64,000 bases of DNA from Mobula hypostoma. Lineage: Eukaryota. The stretch spans positions 108,068,001 to 108,132,000 of the forward strand of contig NC_086107.1 in NCBI RefSeq assembly GCF_963921235.1, read 5' to 3'. Position 1 is the stretch's first letter; every line of letters begins with the position of its first letter. Under the pieces are notes generated by a model. That model saw only the letters and a program-made list of their open reading frames with translations. It was not told the DNA's origin and ran no database searches. A program made the position numbers and the translations under genes. Below are positions 23,340 to 36,620 of the stretch, one piece after another.

Positions 23340-24372
23340 ACTGAAGGAAGAGCTGGTAAGAGATTTGAAAGTGGGAGGGGGAGGGGAAGATCCGAAATGA
23401 TAGGAGAAGACAGGAGGGGGAGAGATGGAGCCAAGAGCTGGACAGGTGATTGGCAAAAGGGATATGAGAGGATCATGGGACAGGAGGCCCAGGGAGAAAG
23501 AAAAGGGGAGTGGGGAATCCCAGAGGATGGGCAAAGGGTATAGTCAGAGGGACAGAGGGAGAAAAAGAGAGAGAAAAAAAAATAATAATAAATAAATAAT
23601 GGATGGGTAAGGTGGGGCATTAACGGAAGTTAGAGAAGTCAATGTTCATGCCATCAAGTTGGAGGCTACCCAGACGGAATATAAGGTGTTGTTCCTCCAA
23701 CCTGAATGTGGCTTCATCTTTACAGTAGAGGAGGCTGTGGATAGACATGACAGAATGGGAATGGGATGTGGAATTAAAATGTGTGGCCACTGGGAGATTC
23801 TGCTTTCTCTGGTGGACAGAGCGTAGGTGTTCAGTGAAATGGTCTCCCAGCCTGCCTTGGGTCTCGCCAATATATAGAAGGTTGCATCGGGAGCACCGAA
23901 CGCAGTATATCACCCCAGCCGACTCACAGGTGAAGTGTTGCCTCTCCTGGAAGGACTGTCTTGGGCCTTGAATGGTGGTGATGGAGGAAGTGTAAGGGCA
24001 TGTGTAGCACTTGTTCTGCTTACAAGGATAAGTGCCGGGAGGCAGATTGGTGGGAAGGGAAGGGGGGTATGAATGGACAAGGGAGTCGCGTAGGGAGCGA
24101 TCCCTGCGGAAAGCAGAGAACAAGTATATATTATTTTTCTCTCTCTTTTTCTCCCTCTGTCCCTCTCACTATACTCCTCGCCCATCCTCTGGGCTTCACC
24201 CCTCCCCCTTTCTTTCTCCCTAGGTCTCCTGTCCCATGATCCTCTCATAACCCTTTTGCCAATCACCTGTCCAGCTCTTGGCTCCATCCCTCCCCCTCCT
24301 GTCTTCTCCTATCATTTCAGATCTCCCCCTCCCCCTCCCACTTTCAAATCTCTTACTAGCTCTTTCTTCAGT

Positions 24373-24410
24373 TAGTCCTGACGAAGGGTCTCGGCCCGAA
24401 ACATCGACTG
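24373..24410 (+). ncRNA. Minimal hammerhead motif, AUC variant
   Basis: tagtc CTGACGA AGGGTCTCGGCCC GAAAC ATC gactg. Confidence 0.65.
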
Positions 24411-25158
24411 TACCTCTTCCTAGAGATGCTGCCTGACCTGCTGCGTTCACCAGCAATTTTCATGTGTGTTGCTTGAAATTGCAGCATCTGCAGATTTCTT
24501 CGTGTTTGCGAGTCTAGTTCGGAGTTGAATAATTAGCTACTTAATCCAGTACAACATTGTGGGAGGAACAACCTGAGCCTGTGTTGTACTGTTCTATGTT
24601 TTAATTGCTGAGTTATCGAGAGAGGTAGAGTTAGGAGTACAAGAACTTGGCAGCACCACTGCAAAGGGGCTGTGGGAGAGGTGGTTGTTTCAGGAGCCTG
24701 ATAGCCGCAGGCAAGAAGCAGTTCTTAACTCTGCACGTCTGGGCTTCTGAAGCTCCAGTCTCTTTTCCCAGAAGGTGGAAAAAGAGGAAAGGGCAATGCC
24801 CACAATGTGCTGGAGGAGCTCAGCAGGTCAGGCAGCGTCTATGGGTGAGAATAACCAGTCAATGTTTTGGGCCGAGACCCTTCATCAGGACTGAGAGGAA
24901 AGTATGGCAGATGCAACTAGCCTTCCAGAAGAGAGGCTAAAGAGAGGTTTAAGGGACGCATTCCAAGCCTAGGGCCAAGGCAGTTTAAGGCAAATCTGCA
25001 GGTGACATAAATTTAGGGATTTTTGTAAGACTTGAATTGGACAAGCTCTGAGCACAGAAGGGGAGAAGGATGAAAGAAGACCTGGTATGGGAAAGAATAA
25101 CTTTGCATCAACTCAGAATCATCTGAAACACTTTGAATGCAAAAATGTGAGGAATCTA

Positions 25159-25710
25159 CAATCAGTGGCCAATTTATTAGGTACCTCCTATACCTAATAA
25201 AGTAACCCCTGAGTGTATGTTCGTGATCCTCTGCTGCTGTAGCTCATCACATCAAGGTTCAACATGTTGTGTGTTCACAGATGCTCTTCTACACACCACT
25301 GTTGTAAGGTGTGGTTATTTGAGTTACTGTCACCTTCCTGTCAGCTTGAAACAGTCTGTCCTTTCACCTTTAACCTCTCTCATTAACAAGGCATATTAGC
25401 TTACTGGGTGCTTTTTTTTGGGGTTTTTTTGTACCATTCTCTGTAAACTCTAGAGACTGTTGTGCATGAAAATCCCAGGAGATCAGCAGTTTCTGAGTTA
25501 CTCAAACCACCCCATCTGGTGCTGATAATCAATCTATGGTCAAAGTCACTTAGATCACATTTCTTCCCCATTCTGATGTTTGGTCTGAACAACAACTGAA
25601 CCTCTTGACCATGTCTGCATGCTTTTCTGCATTGAGTTGCTGCCACATGATTGGCTGATTAGGTATTTGCATTAATGCGCAGGTGAACAGGTGTACCTAC
25701 TGAAGTGACA
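25159..25710 (-). mobile_element. Non-autonomous Tc1/mariner element; other copies at about 40428-40957 (+), 45625-46046 (-) and 55545-56995 (-)
   Basis: MGKKCDLSDFD...GLSxSETADLLGFSCTTVSRVYREW transposase N-terminus; cagtggcc..tttattaggtac TIR. Confidence 0.88.
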
Positions 25711-27815
25711 AATAAAGCTAATTTGTATCTTTATCTTTAAGATAGAGGTGATCCTATCTCTCAAAAGATCATGAATCTTTGCTAAAGAGATTGAATCACT
25801 GAATATGTTGAAGACGTGAGAAAGGCCTTGGAACTTTCGGGATGGGTTATGGAGAGCAGGAAGGACAGTGGTACTGAGGTGAAGATCACATCAGCATCAT
25901 CTTATTGAACAGCAAAGTTGGCTTGGGGCTTCAATCAGCTCAGTGCTCCCTTTATTTCTTGTGCCCTTACAGTACAAAAGATGGTACACCTGAGCATACA
26001 GTACCTTAGACCCTGATACAGTACCCTTGATGGGATGTGGGAACTTGAAACTAACCTGGAGTTTGAGTACGGTAAGTTAGTGGTTTTGTCCCACATGTTG
26101 TCTGTGTGAGTTAGATTGCTTAATTGTTTTTTTAAGTTTAAGAATTAATTGTTTGCTTGAATTTATATATACATAACTGTTTAGTACCTTTCCTAGTGGT
26201 CACAGTATGTATATCCAGCTGCTTTGTATGTGCCTTTCTCCAGGAGGACTACAACCTTGTCGGCGTTTGAAGGCTTGCATGCCTTAATGACCCAGAGAGC
26301 TATCTTGGCTAGAGTCAAGGTTATATGGTTTGCCTCTTGGTAGAGTCACCTATACCAAACAGGTCAAAGAGTGGAGAACAGACTAAGAGTGGTCCACCGA
26401 TCCTCCAAGTTCAGGGGATCAGCTCAGGGCTAACAACCATGACTGGTAAAGCCAAATTGTTATAGAAACAGCAAAGAAGAATCCTTCTACATCTGAGTGT
26501 GACGGTATTCCTGAGTCTCCACCTGGGACTTGCATGGCTGACAACAGTGAAAACCGAGAGGAAGCTACTGACACGGTGAAGGAAGCCCTGAACTCGGCCA
26601 AAGATGGAGGACCTTCATCGCAGCTCTAAACGCCAATGGCGTAACAGACAGTTAAAAAAAAAGTGCATTCCCAAGTGGTTACATTTGTATGGTTCTGGAA
26701 AGCTCTGGAAGCCTCTGTGGTGCTGCATTATTTGAAGAGGAGCTTTCTGATGGGCTGACTCTTATCTGTAAATGTGAATGGAATGTTTCTTATCTACGTG
26801 TACAAAACCAGCTGACCACGAGGCAGCGACGTCTTTTTCTTTTTCCCTCTTTGACTTTTTCACTCTTCATTTTCTGGACCTCTATCACTGTCCATTTTAA
26901 AACTTTCTTTAGTCTATTAACGCTTAATAAAATGATTGTGAAGCAACAGGTTTTGTGCCTCTTTTCTGACTTCTGAAAGAACCTTGGATTAAAAACACCA
27001 GAATGCAGAAACTCTCCATCCAACACTGATCTCTGCTTGGCTTTCTGCTTTAGGTTGTGACGATGGCTCTTTCATCATCTAGTATAAATTGCTGTTCAAG
27101 TTTAGGTCTTTTGGTCTGGGGCTTCCTGTAGATCTCAAAAAGCAAACTTTGTAAAAGTGAAGTCTGCAGATGCTGGAAACACAATGTAATACATACAAAA
27201 TGCAGGAGGAACTCAGCAGATCAGGCAGCGTCTATGGAAATGAATAAACAGTCAACACTTTGGGCCGAGACCCTTCTTCAGGACTGGAAAGGAAGGGGGA
27301 GGACGTCAGAATAAAAAGGACATGGGAGGGGAAGGAGGCTAGCTGGAAGGTGATGGGTGGCGTCAGGTAAAAGTAAGCAGGCTTGTTTACGTTGGCCTAG
27401 TTTTGGCCATCTATTTGTACAGAGATGACTCATCAGATAGGATTTTACAATGTTTTGTTCCAGACTCCTCTCTCTTGGTTTGTCATGCCTGGATTAGTGA
27501 TCCACTTCCTTTCACCTCTCAATGTGGAGACCATGAGCTCAAACCTCACCTCTGGGGATGCAGCTCTGTTCTCCTATTACAGCATTACCCTCACTGAAAC
27601 TGCTGCAGTGCCAACGAGTATGTGTGGTGCATCGAGACCCTAACTTAGGGGGACGCAAAGTACCATCACACAGAGCTCTGCTCTCAGCCAACATCACCAG
27701 AGCCATAGTCGTTGTCTCATCATCATTGTGGGAATTTGCTGTGCACAAGTTGGCGGTGGGAATTCCTGCACACTTGGGAACTGACTTTCACACCTGTCTT
27801 CAGATAGGTGCATGT

Positions 27816-27817
<2 letters not shown>

Positions 27818-27870
<53 letters not shown>
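27818..27870. repeat. (CA)n microsatellite; (TG)n also at about 58467-58495 and 62759-62784
   Basis: Direct observation. Confidence 0.95.
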
Positions 27871-27874
<4 letters not shown>

Positions 27875-27999
27875 TACACAAACCCTTTCAGGAGCTGCCC
27901 GGCTCTTTGTGAAATTCCACCAGCTCATTTACCAGCAGGCGGCTCTGCTGTACTTTCTCACCCCGTCGAAGAATGAATCATTAACCCGAGGCCTCCTAC

Positions 28000-28121
28000 C
28001 TTCATTATCCCATTCCAGTTATCTCCAGTTGACACCTGGAACAACGTCAGGAACGCCATCCCGAAATTCTCGAAGGTGGCGTGGCGGCTCATTCCTTCAC
28101 ACGGATGGTCCTCATCGCAAA
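28000..28121 (-). CDS. CACNA1I: Cav3.3 exon: domain IV pore loop ([41 protein letters not shown]) with the T-type selectivity-filter Asp
   Basis: 122 nt, translated by hand; acceptor tttctgctcccaag (AAG), donor AAG|gtagga; phase 1 to 0. Confidence 0.96.
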
Positions 28122-28344
28122 CTTGGGAGCAGAAAAGAAAATGGAAGTCTGATTTAGATGGTGGCCATCACCTGGGGTCTCAGTCTTCTGGGCAATAAAA
28201 AGTTCAAAGTAAATTCCAAGTAAATTTATTATCAAAATACATATATGTCACCATATACTATCCCAAGATTCATTTTCCTTCAGGCATTCAAAGTTCAAAG
28301 TAATTTTATTATCAGAGTACATATACGTCACTATATATACCATG

Positions 28345-28640
28345 GGTGGCATGGTAGCATAGTGGCTACCACAATGCTTTACAGTACCAGCGACTCGGGT
28401 TCAATGCCCACCGCTACCTGTAAGGAGTTTGTACGTTCTCCCCGTGACTGCGTGCGTTTTCTCCGGGTGCTCCGGTTTCCTTCCACGGTCCAAAGACCTA
28501 CCAGTTGGCAGGTTCATTGGCCATTGTAAATTATCCTGCGATTTGGCTCGGATTAAAGAAAAAATTGGGGGATTGCTGACCAGAGAGCCTCGAAGGACCG
28601 GAAGGACCGATTCCACTCTGTTTCTCAATATATATAAAAA
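28345..28640 (+). mobile_element. Near full-length V-SINE inserted in a Rex1-type fragment; more V-SINEs at about 8330-8530, 10945-11220, 13050-13205, 15810-16010, 18645-18960, 31375-31610, 32250-32410, 41365-41650, 44560-45140, 59745-60035 and 60375-60600
   Basis: tRNA-like head, then ggagtttgtacgttctccccgtgactgcgtg..ccgggtgctccggtttcc, then an A-rich tail. Confidence 0.8.
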
Positions 28641-30541
28641 ATAAAAAATACCACCCTGAGATTCATTTTCTTATGGAAATCTGTAGAATAATAACCATAA
28701 CAGAATCAATGAAAGACCGCCCGACAAGGGTGTTTAACCAAAGTGCAGAAGACAACAGACTGTGCAAATACAAAAAGAAGAAATAATAATAAATAAGCAA
28801 TAAATATTGAGAACATGAAATGAAGAGTCGGAAGTGAGCCCATAGGTTGTGGGAACATATCAATGATGGGGCGAGTGACTTCACCTGCTTTTTCTCCAGC
28901 TCACAGGAGCAGGCATACAGAGCAGTTACGTCGAAACCTTCCTCAAAATGCAGGGTTAGGGTTAGCACAGTTGTGGGCAGAATGTCCTCATACACTATTA
29001 TAGGTGCAAACACTTACACTTCTAGTTGGCCCATTGCACGGCATGCAATTCTGGTTGCCCTATTACAAAAAGGTTTTGGGAAGTGTACAGAAGAAGTTCA
29101 CCAGGATTTTTATTTTATTTGTTTATTTATTGAGATACAGCGCATAATAGGCCCCTCCGGCCCCTCGAGCTGCACCACCCAGCAAACCTCCGATTTGATG
29201 GTGATGATGGCATCCATCTGTTTCGAAGGACAATGGAGAGCAGCTCTGGAGAGACACCTTCAGGGCACATACCTGGGCGAAAGATATGGAGACACCAATA
29301 CCTTTGAACAGAAAATCCTACAAAAGGTAGTGGATTTGGTCCAGTACATCACAGGTAAAGCTCTCCCAACCATTGAGCACATCTACATGAAACGCTGCTG
29401 TAGGAAAGTAGCATCCGTCATCAGAGATACCTGCCATGCTCTTTTCTCACTGCTGCCATCAGGTAGAAGATACAAGAGCTTCAAGATTCACACCACCAGG
29501 GTCAAGAACAGTTACCACCCCTCAACCATCAGACTCTTGACCAAAAGGGTATAACTACACTCACCTGCCCATCCTTTGAGATGGTCCCACAACCAATGAT
29601 CTCACTTTAAGGGCTCTTTATCTTATTATCTCATTACTTATTGCTATTTATTTATGTTTACATTTGCACAGTTTGTTGTCTTTTGCACTCTGGTTGATCT
29701 TTCATTCACCCTGTTATAGTTATTATTCTATAGATTTGCTGAGTATGCCCACAAGAAGACGAATCGCAGGGTTGCATATCTGTGACATATATGTACTTTG
29801 ATAATAAAATTTACCTAGAATTTAGAAACATGGAAAACCTACAGGCCCCCTGGCACACAATGCTGTGCTGAACATGCACTTACTTCAGAAATTACCTCGG
29901 GTTACCCATAGCCCTCTATTCTTCTGAACTCCATGTACCTATCCAGGAGTCTCTTAAAAGACCCTATCGTAACCGCCTCCACCATCGTCGCCAGCAGCCC
30001 ATTCCACGCACTCACCACTCTCTGTGTAATAAATGTACCCCTGACATCTCCTCTGTACCTACTTCTAAGCACACGAAGTCTGAACTTTTAGACAACAAGG
30101 CCTGTGCTCAACATGTTGCCCAATTTAACTAATTCCTTCGCATGCGTATCCTTCCATTACTTGTATCTTCACGTGTCTATCTAAAACCCTCTGAAACACC
30201 ACTATTCTATCTTCTCCCACCACCTCTTGGCAGCGCATTCCAGGTACCCACCACGGGCCTCTCCTTCGAACACGCCCCCTCTTACCTGCTAGTATTTGAC
30301 ATTTCTACCTTGAGGAAGGTATTCTGTCTACCTTATCTAGCATGAATGAGTGGTTGATGGCCAGCATGGGCAGCATGGGCCGAAGGGCCTGGTTCCCAGC
30401 TGTATGACTCTGTATCTCACAGTCTCTCGAAATGAACTGAGGCACAAAGTCAGGTGTTCAATTTGCCAATGGTGGGACTTGAACCTGCAACCATTGTGGT
30501 GACCGCAAGGAGACGGCATTCGCTGGCCCTGGTAACCTTAC

Positions 30542-30620
30542 CTAATTTACCAAACAGCTCAACTCCTAGAGCGGCATAGATGAAGAACAGAAGCATGAAG
30601 AGGAGCCCAAGGTTTCCCAC
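30542..30620 (-). CDS. CACNA1I: Cav3.3 exon: IV S5 ([26 protein letters not shown])
   Basis: 79 nt; acceptor tttctcttccag, donor G|gtaagg; phase 0 to 1. Confidence 0.96.
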
Positions 30621-31226
30621 CTGGAAGAGAAAGGTGAAAAATGTTAATTCATAAACAGAAGAGATCCTGCAGATGGTGGAAATCCAAAGCAGCAGACACA
30701 AAAGCTGGAGGAACTCAGCAGGTCAGGCAAATGAATGCTGATGTTTCGGGCTGACACGCTTCTGAGAAGGAAGGGGGGAAATGGCGGAATAAGAAGGTGT
30801 GGGGAGGGGAAGGAGGCTGGCTGGAAGGTGATAGGAGAACCCAGGTGGGTGGGAAAGGTCAAGGCTGGAGAAGAGAGTGGACCATAGGAGAAAGGGATGT
30901 GCATTTCACATCCTCCTGTTATTCCTACCTCGTTTGTCTCCGGCACCCCTTATTGTGTAAAGGGATACTATTTTTTCTAGAAAACTCTTGCTACAGAGGC
31001 CTCACCTTACTGGCTTGAGCACACATTGTCGCAATCACCACCCGCCTATCTCGTCTCTAGTAAGCAGTCTCACTTTGGGGGTCTCCGTTGTCTGGGTTTG
31101 ACCACACACCTCCACAGTCATCCTCACCCAGATGTTGTCTTTAATCCTTGCTGCAATGTCCACATTCCTGTGACAACATGGTTTTCCCCAGCTGTTGCAT
31201 TTTCCTCTTGTGTGCCAAGATGTTTT

Positions 31227-31375
31227 ATCTATCTATCTATCGATCTATCTATTGATCTATCTACCTATCGATCTATCTATTGATCTATCTATCGATCTAT
31301 CTATCTACCTATTGATCTATCTATTGATCTATCTATCGATTGATCTATCTATCTATCTATCCTATCTATCTATTT
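31227..31375. repeat. Complex (ATCT)n / GATA-type microsatellite at a SINE tail
   Basis: Direct observation. Confidence 0.95.
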
Positions 31376-31944
31376 GGAGCTATTGCATGGAAACAGGCCC
31401 TTCTAGCCCAACGAGATGGGTTCCCCAATTACATCCACGTGACCAATTAACCTACCAAACTATACATCTTTGGAATGTTGGAGGAAACAAGAGCACTCAG
31501 AGGAAACCCTTGTGGTCACGGGGAGAACATACAAACCCTTACAGACAATGCCAGAGTTGAACTGCTGGGGCTGGAGCTGCAATAACACTATGCTACCTGC
31601 TCTGCTGCTGTGTCACCCTATAAAATGTGACATGGTGACTCTAAATTGTCCCCTGTGTCACTGAGTGGTAACATTGATGGTGAAGTCAGGAGAATAAGGT
31701 ACAGGGAAATTAGTGGGGTAATGAGATTGCATAGACTCAATGGGCTGAATGGCCTCCCAAAGTCAAAAGGAGACATACGGAATGTTAAGAATGGAACATG
31801 ATAGATATATCTTCAAAGCTCTCAGTTAGTGGAAACTCTGGGTCAAACCTCTTGAAAAATACCTATGGCAACCCACTGCTTGTGGAATGCATCATTCGTG
31901 ATGTTATGTATTTAAGAAGAGAAGGTACCTAGGCTGAAGTTTAC

Positions 31945-32015
31945 CTGAGGTAGAGCCTGCACTACGGTGTCCAGGAGGGCTCTCATCCCAGTGGCCATCT
32001 TCAGCAACTTCAGCA
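31945..32015 (-). CDS. CACNA1I: Cav3.3 exon: end of IV S4 and S4-S5 linker ([24 protein letters not shown])
   Basis: 71 nt; acceptor atttccag, donor CAG|gtaaac; phase 1 to 0. Confidence 0.95.
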
Positions 32016-33436
32016 CTGGAAATTTCAAAACAGGAAGACAGGGTGAGGGAAGCAAAGGGATGATTGCATAACATGAACCTCAACATGAAACAGCTGATCC
32101 AAATGTCCTGTTTGCGTGATAACATCATAAACAAGAGCAGGAATAGGCCAGTCTGCCTATTGAGCCTCCACTGTCATTTAGTAAAATTATCAATAAAAAA
32201 ATCTTGGCCTCATAAGAACATAACAAAGAGCAGGAGTAGGCCATCTACCAAAGACCAACTGGTACGTATTTGGGCTGTGGGAGTAAACCAGAGCACTTGG
32301 AAGAAACCCACAAGGTCACGGGGAGAAGATACAAACTCCTTACAGGCAGCAGCGGGAATTGAACCCAAGTCGGCTGTACTGTGAAGCGCTGAGCTAAACA
32401 CTATGCCCTATTTTCTTGCAGGCATTCATAGTACATATAAAGAAACTCAAATGAATCAATGAAAAACTATACGCAAAGACGGACAAGCAACCAATGTGCA
32501 AAAGATAACAAATTGTGCAAATATATAAAGAAAAACAAAATAATAATAATAGATACATAAGTAATAAATAATACTGAGAACACGAGTTGTAGAGTCCTTG
32601 AAGGTGAGTCCATAAGTTGTGGAATTAGTTCATTGTTGGGGTGAATGAAGTTATTCACTTTGGTTCAGGGGCCTGATGGTTGAGGGGTAATTGTTCCTGA
32701 ACCTGTTTGTGTGGAGCCTAAAGCTCCTGTACCTCCTTCCTGATGGCAGCAGTGAGAAGAGAGCAAAAGGGCTTTGGTTATCAGCTGAACCCACATTCGA
32801 TTCCAATGACTTTAACACGGCCAAATATATTTGAGTCCAAAGTTCAAAATTCAAAGTCTGAAGTAAATTTATTATCAAAGTACACATATGTCACTATATA
32901 CTACCTGGAAGTTCATCTTCTTGCAGACATTCACAGTAGAATAGAGAAATACGATAGAATCAATGAAAAACTACACACAAACAAGGCTGACAAACAACCA
33001 ATGTGCAAGAGAAGACAGACTGTGCAAATAAAAAATGAATAAATAAGTAAATAAATAATAGTGAGAAAATGAGTTACAGTTCTTGAAAGTGAGTCCCAAG
33101 GTTGTGGAATCAGCTCACGGTTGAGTTGAGTGAAGCTGTCCACGCTGGTTCAGCAGCCTGACGGTTGAAGGGTAATAACCGTCCTGAACCTGGAGGTTTG
33201 GGACCCAAGGCTTCTGCACCTCATTTCCAATGGTAGCAGCGAGAAGAGAGCATGGCCTGGATGGTGGGGTTCGTTGATGATAGGTTTTGCTTTCTTGTGG
33301 CAACACTCCGTGCAGATGTGCTTAGTGATGGAGGTGAACCTAATCTGAGTCCAATACCCTTGCATGCATCCAACACCTCTGACTGGAGTTCACCTCCTCT
33401 CTCAGGAGATCCTAGTGAGTCCAGACTCACTGCATT

Positions 33437-35897
33437 ATAGAACATAGAACATAGAATAGTACAGCACAGTACAGGCCCTTCGGCCCACAATGTTGTGCCA
33501 ACCCTCAAACCCTGCCTCCCATATAAGCCCCCACCTTAAATTCCTCCATATACCTGTCTAGTAGTCTCTTAAACTTCACTAGTGTATCTGCCTCCACCAC
33601 TGACTCAGGCAGTGCATTCCACGTACCAACCACTCTCTGAGTAAAAAACCTTCCTCTAATATCCTCCTTGAACTTCCCACCCCTTACCTTAAAGCCATGT
33701 CCTCTTGTATTGAGTAGTGGTGCCCTGGGGAAGGGGCGCTGGCTATCTACTCTATCTATTCCTCTTATTATCTTGTACACCTCTATCATGTCTCCTCTCA
33801 TCCTCCTTCTCTCCAAAGAGTAAAGCCTTAGCTCCCTTAATCTCTGATCATAATGCACACTCTAAACCAGGCAGCATCCTGGTAAATCTCCTCTGTACCC
33901 TTTCCAATGCTTCCACATCCTTCCTATAGTGAGGCGACCAGAAATCGACACAGTACTCCAAGTGTGGCCTAACCAGAGTTTTATAGAGCTGCATCATTAC
34001 ATCGCAACTCTTAAACTCTGTCCCTCAACTTATGAAAGCTAACACTCCATAAGCTTTCTTAACTACTCCATTCACCTGTGAGGCAACTTTCAGGGATCTG
34101 TGGACATGTACCCCCAGATCCCTCTGCTCCTCCACACTACCAAGTATCCTGCCATTTACTTTGTACTCTGCCTTGGAGTTTGTCCTTCCAAAGTGTACCA
34201 CCTCACACTTCTCCGGGTTGAACTCCATCTGCCACTTCTCAGCCCATCTCTGCATCCTATCAATGTCTCTCTGCAATCTTTGACAATCCTCTACACTATC
34301 TACAACACCACCAACCTTTGTGTCGTCTGCAAACTTGCCAACCCACCCTCCTACCCCCCACATCCAGGTTGTTAATAAAAATCACGAAAAGTAGAGGTCC
34401 CAGAACAGATCCTTGTGGGACACCACTAGTCATAATCCTCCAATTTGAATGTACTCCCTCCACCATGACCCTCTGCCTTCTGCAGGCAAGCCAATTCTGA
34501 ATCCACCTGGCCAAACTTCCCTGGATCCCATGCCTTTTGACTTTCTGAATAAGCCTACCATGTGGAACCTTGTCAAATGTCTTACTAAAATTCATATAGA
34601 TCACATCCACTGCACTACCCTCATCTATATACCTGGTCACCTCCTCAAAGAACTCTATCAGGCTTGTTAGACATGATCTGCCCTTCACAAAGCCATGCTG
34701 ACTGTCCCTGATCAGACCATGATTCTCTAAATGCCCAGAGATCCTATCTCTAAGAATCTTTTCCAGCAGCTTTCCCACCACAGACGTAAGGCTCACTGGT
34801 CTATAATTACCCGGACTATCCCTACTACCTTTTTTGAACAAGGGGACAACATTCACCTCCCTCCAATCCTCCGGTAACATTCCCGTGGACAACGAGGACA
34901 TAAAGATCCTAGCCAGAGGCTCAGCAATCTCTTCCCTCGCCTCCTGGAGCAGCCTGGGGAAAATTCCGTCAGGCACCGGGGACTTATCCGTCCTAATGCA
35001 TTTTAACAACTCCAACACCTCCTCTCCCTTAATATCAACATGCTCCAGAACATCAACTTCACCCATATTGTCCTCACCATCATCAAGTTCCCTCTCATTG
35101 GTGAATACCGAAGAGAAGTATTCACTGAGGACCTCGCTCACTTTCACAGTCTCCAGGCACATCTTCCCACCTTTATCTCTAATCGGTCCTACCTTCACTC
35201 CTGTCATCCTTTTTCTCTTCACATAATTGAAGAATGCCTTGGGGTTTCCTTTACCCTACTTGCCAAGGCCTTCTCATGCCCCCTTCTTGCTTTTCTCAGC
35301 CCCTTCTTAAGCTCCTTTCTTGCTTCCCTATATTTCTCAATAGACCCATCTGATCCTTGCTTCCTAAACCTCATGTATGCTGCCTTCTTCCACCTGACTA
35401 GATTTTCCACCTCACTTTTCACCCATGGTTCCTTCACCCTACCATTCTTTATCTTCCTCACTGGGACAAATTTATCCCTAATATCCTGCAAGAGATCTCT
35501 AAGCATCAACCACATGTCCATAGTACATTTCCCTGCAAAAACATCATCCCAATTCACACCCGCAAGTTCTAGTCTCATAGCCTCATAATTTGCCCTTCCC
35601 CATTTAAAAATTTTCCTGTCCTATCTGATTCTATCCTTTTCCATGATAATGCTAAAGGCCAGGGAGCAGTAGTCACTGTCCCCCAGATGCTCACCCACTG
35701 CGAGATCTGTGACCTGACCCGGTTCATTACCTGATATTAGATCTAGTATGGCATTCCCCCTGGTTGGCCTGTCCACATACTGTGACAGGAGTCTGTCCTG
35801 GACACACTTAACAAACTCTGCCCCATCTAAACCCTTGGAACTATCAGGCGTCAATCAATATTAGGGAAGTTAAAGTCACCCATGATAACAACCCTGT
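33437..35897 (-). mobile_element. Young CR1 LINE, 2.5 kb, 5'-truncated, ORF2 broken by a few frameshifts/stops
   Basis: RT motifs [51 protein letters not shown]; (ttctatg)n tail at about 33437-33460. Confidence 0.96.
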
Positions 35898-36427
35898 TTT
35901 AATGAAGCTAGGGACGAATTGTGAAGAATAAAACCATAAGACAGAAGCAGATTAAATTGTTCATGCACGAACTACGGCAAATAATGTTTTTGTTATCATT
36001 AGGGGGTATAAACCCTGTGCTTCTTCATGGGGAAATTGTTCAGTTCCAGGACTGTAATTTTACACCCATTAAACTCAATCATCAGAAAATCACAGACTGT
36101 TAGTTGTGCAGTTTCCTGATGTGCTTGGCTTGTTGTGCTGAGTGTATGGAAGTTGAATTTTTATGTTTCTGCAAGGCTAGCTCCCTGATGCAGATCACAA
36201 AGGACGTATTAATCTATCTCCACAGCCCAAGAAAATATAGAGGCAAAGAGTTGGCAATGGAGTTATTCAGAGGACTACATCAGCCCTAAATGGTGTCCTT
36301 TGGGTGGTGTTGGATGCCAGTTTGATCACTGGGATCACTGAAGTACCATTGTGTGTATCAGCGTATACAGTGTCTATCCCTGGAGATGAGAGATTGGGGC
36401 TGATTGGAGCAGTCTGTCTCAGAGAGT

Positions 36428-36620
36428 AACACACATAAAAGTTGCTGGTGAACGCAGCAGGCCAGGCAGCATCTCTGGGAAGAGGTACAGTCGACATTTC
36501 AGGCTGAGATCCTTCATCAGGACTAATGAAGGGTCTTCCTAGAGATGCTGCCTGGCCTGCTGCGTTCACCAGCAACTTTGATGTATGTTGCTCGAATTTC
36601 CAGCATCTGCAGAATTCCTG
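36428..36620. mobile_element. Mini fold-back PLE insertion with a variant hammerhead (36488-36525 minus)
   Basis: Near-perfect inverted arms; perfect 14-bp TSD ctgtctcagagagt at 36414-36427 and 36621-36634. Confidence 0.88.

Larger units (their letters stand above)
23241..24510 (-). mobile_element. Penelope-like element with GIY-YIG endonuclease remnant (23620-24123) between long inverted terminal repeats
   Basis: CESAGVIYCVRCSRCNLLYIGETQGRLGDHFTEH; arms about 23241-23590 and 24125-24471; TSD agt(t/c)tagttcgga at 23228-23240 and 24511-24523; interrupts a CR1 3' end. Confidence 0.92.

Noticed and set aside
28847..29554. 235-aa plus-strand ORF
   Set aside because: Chance fusion of CR1, SINE and Rex1 3' fragments (HALFSLLPSGRRY), a common source of false gene models
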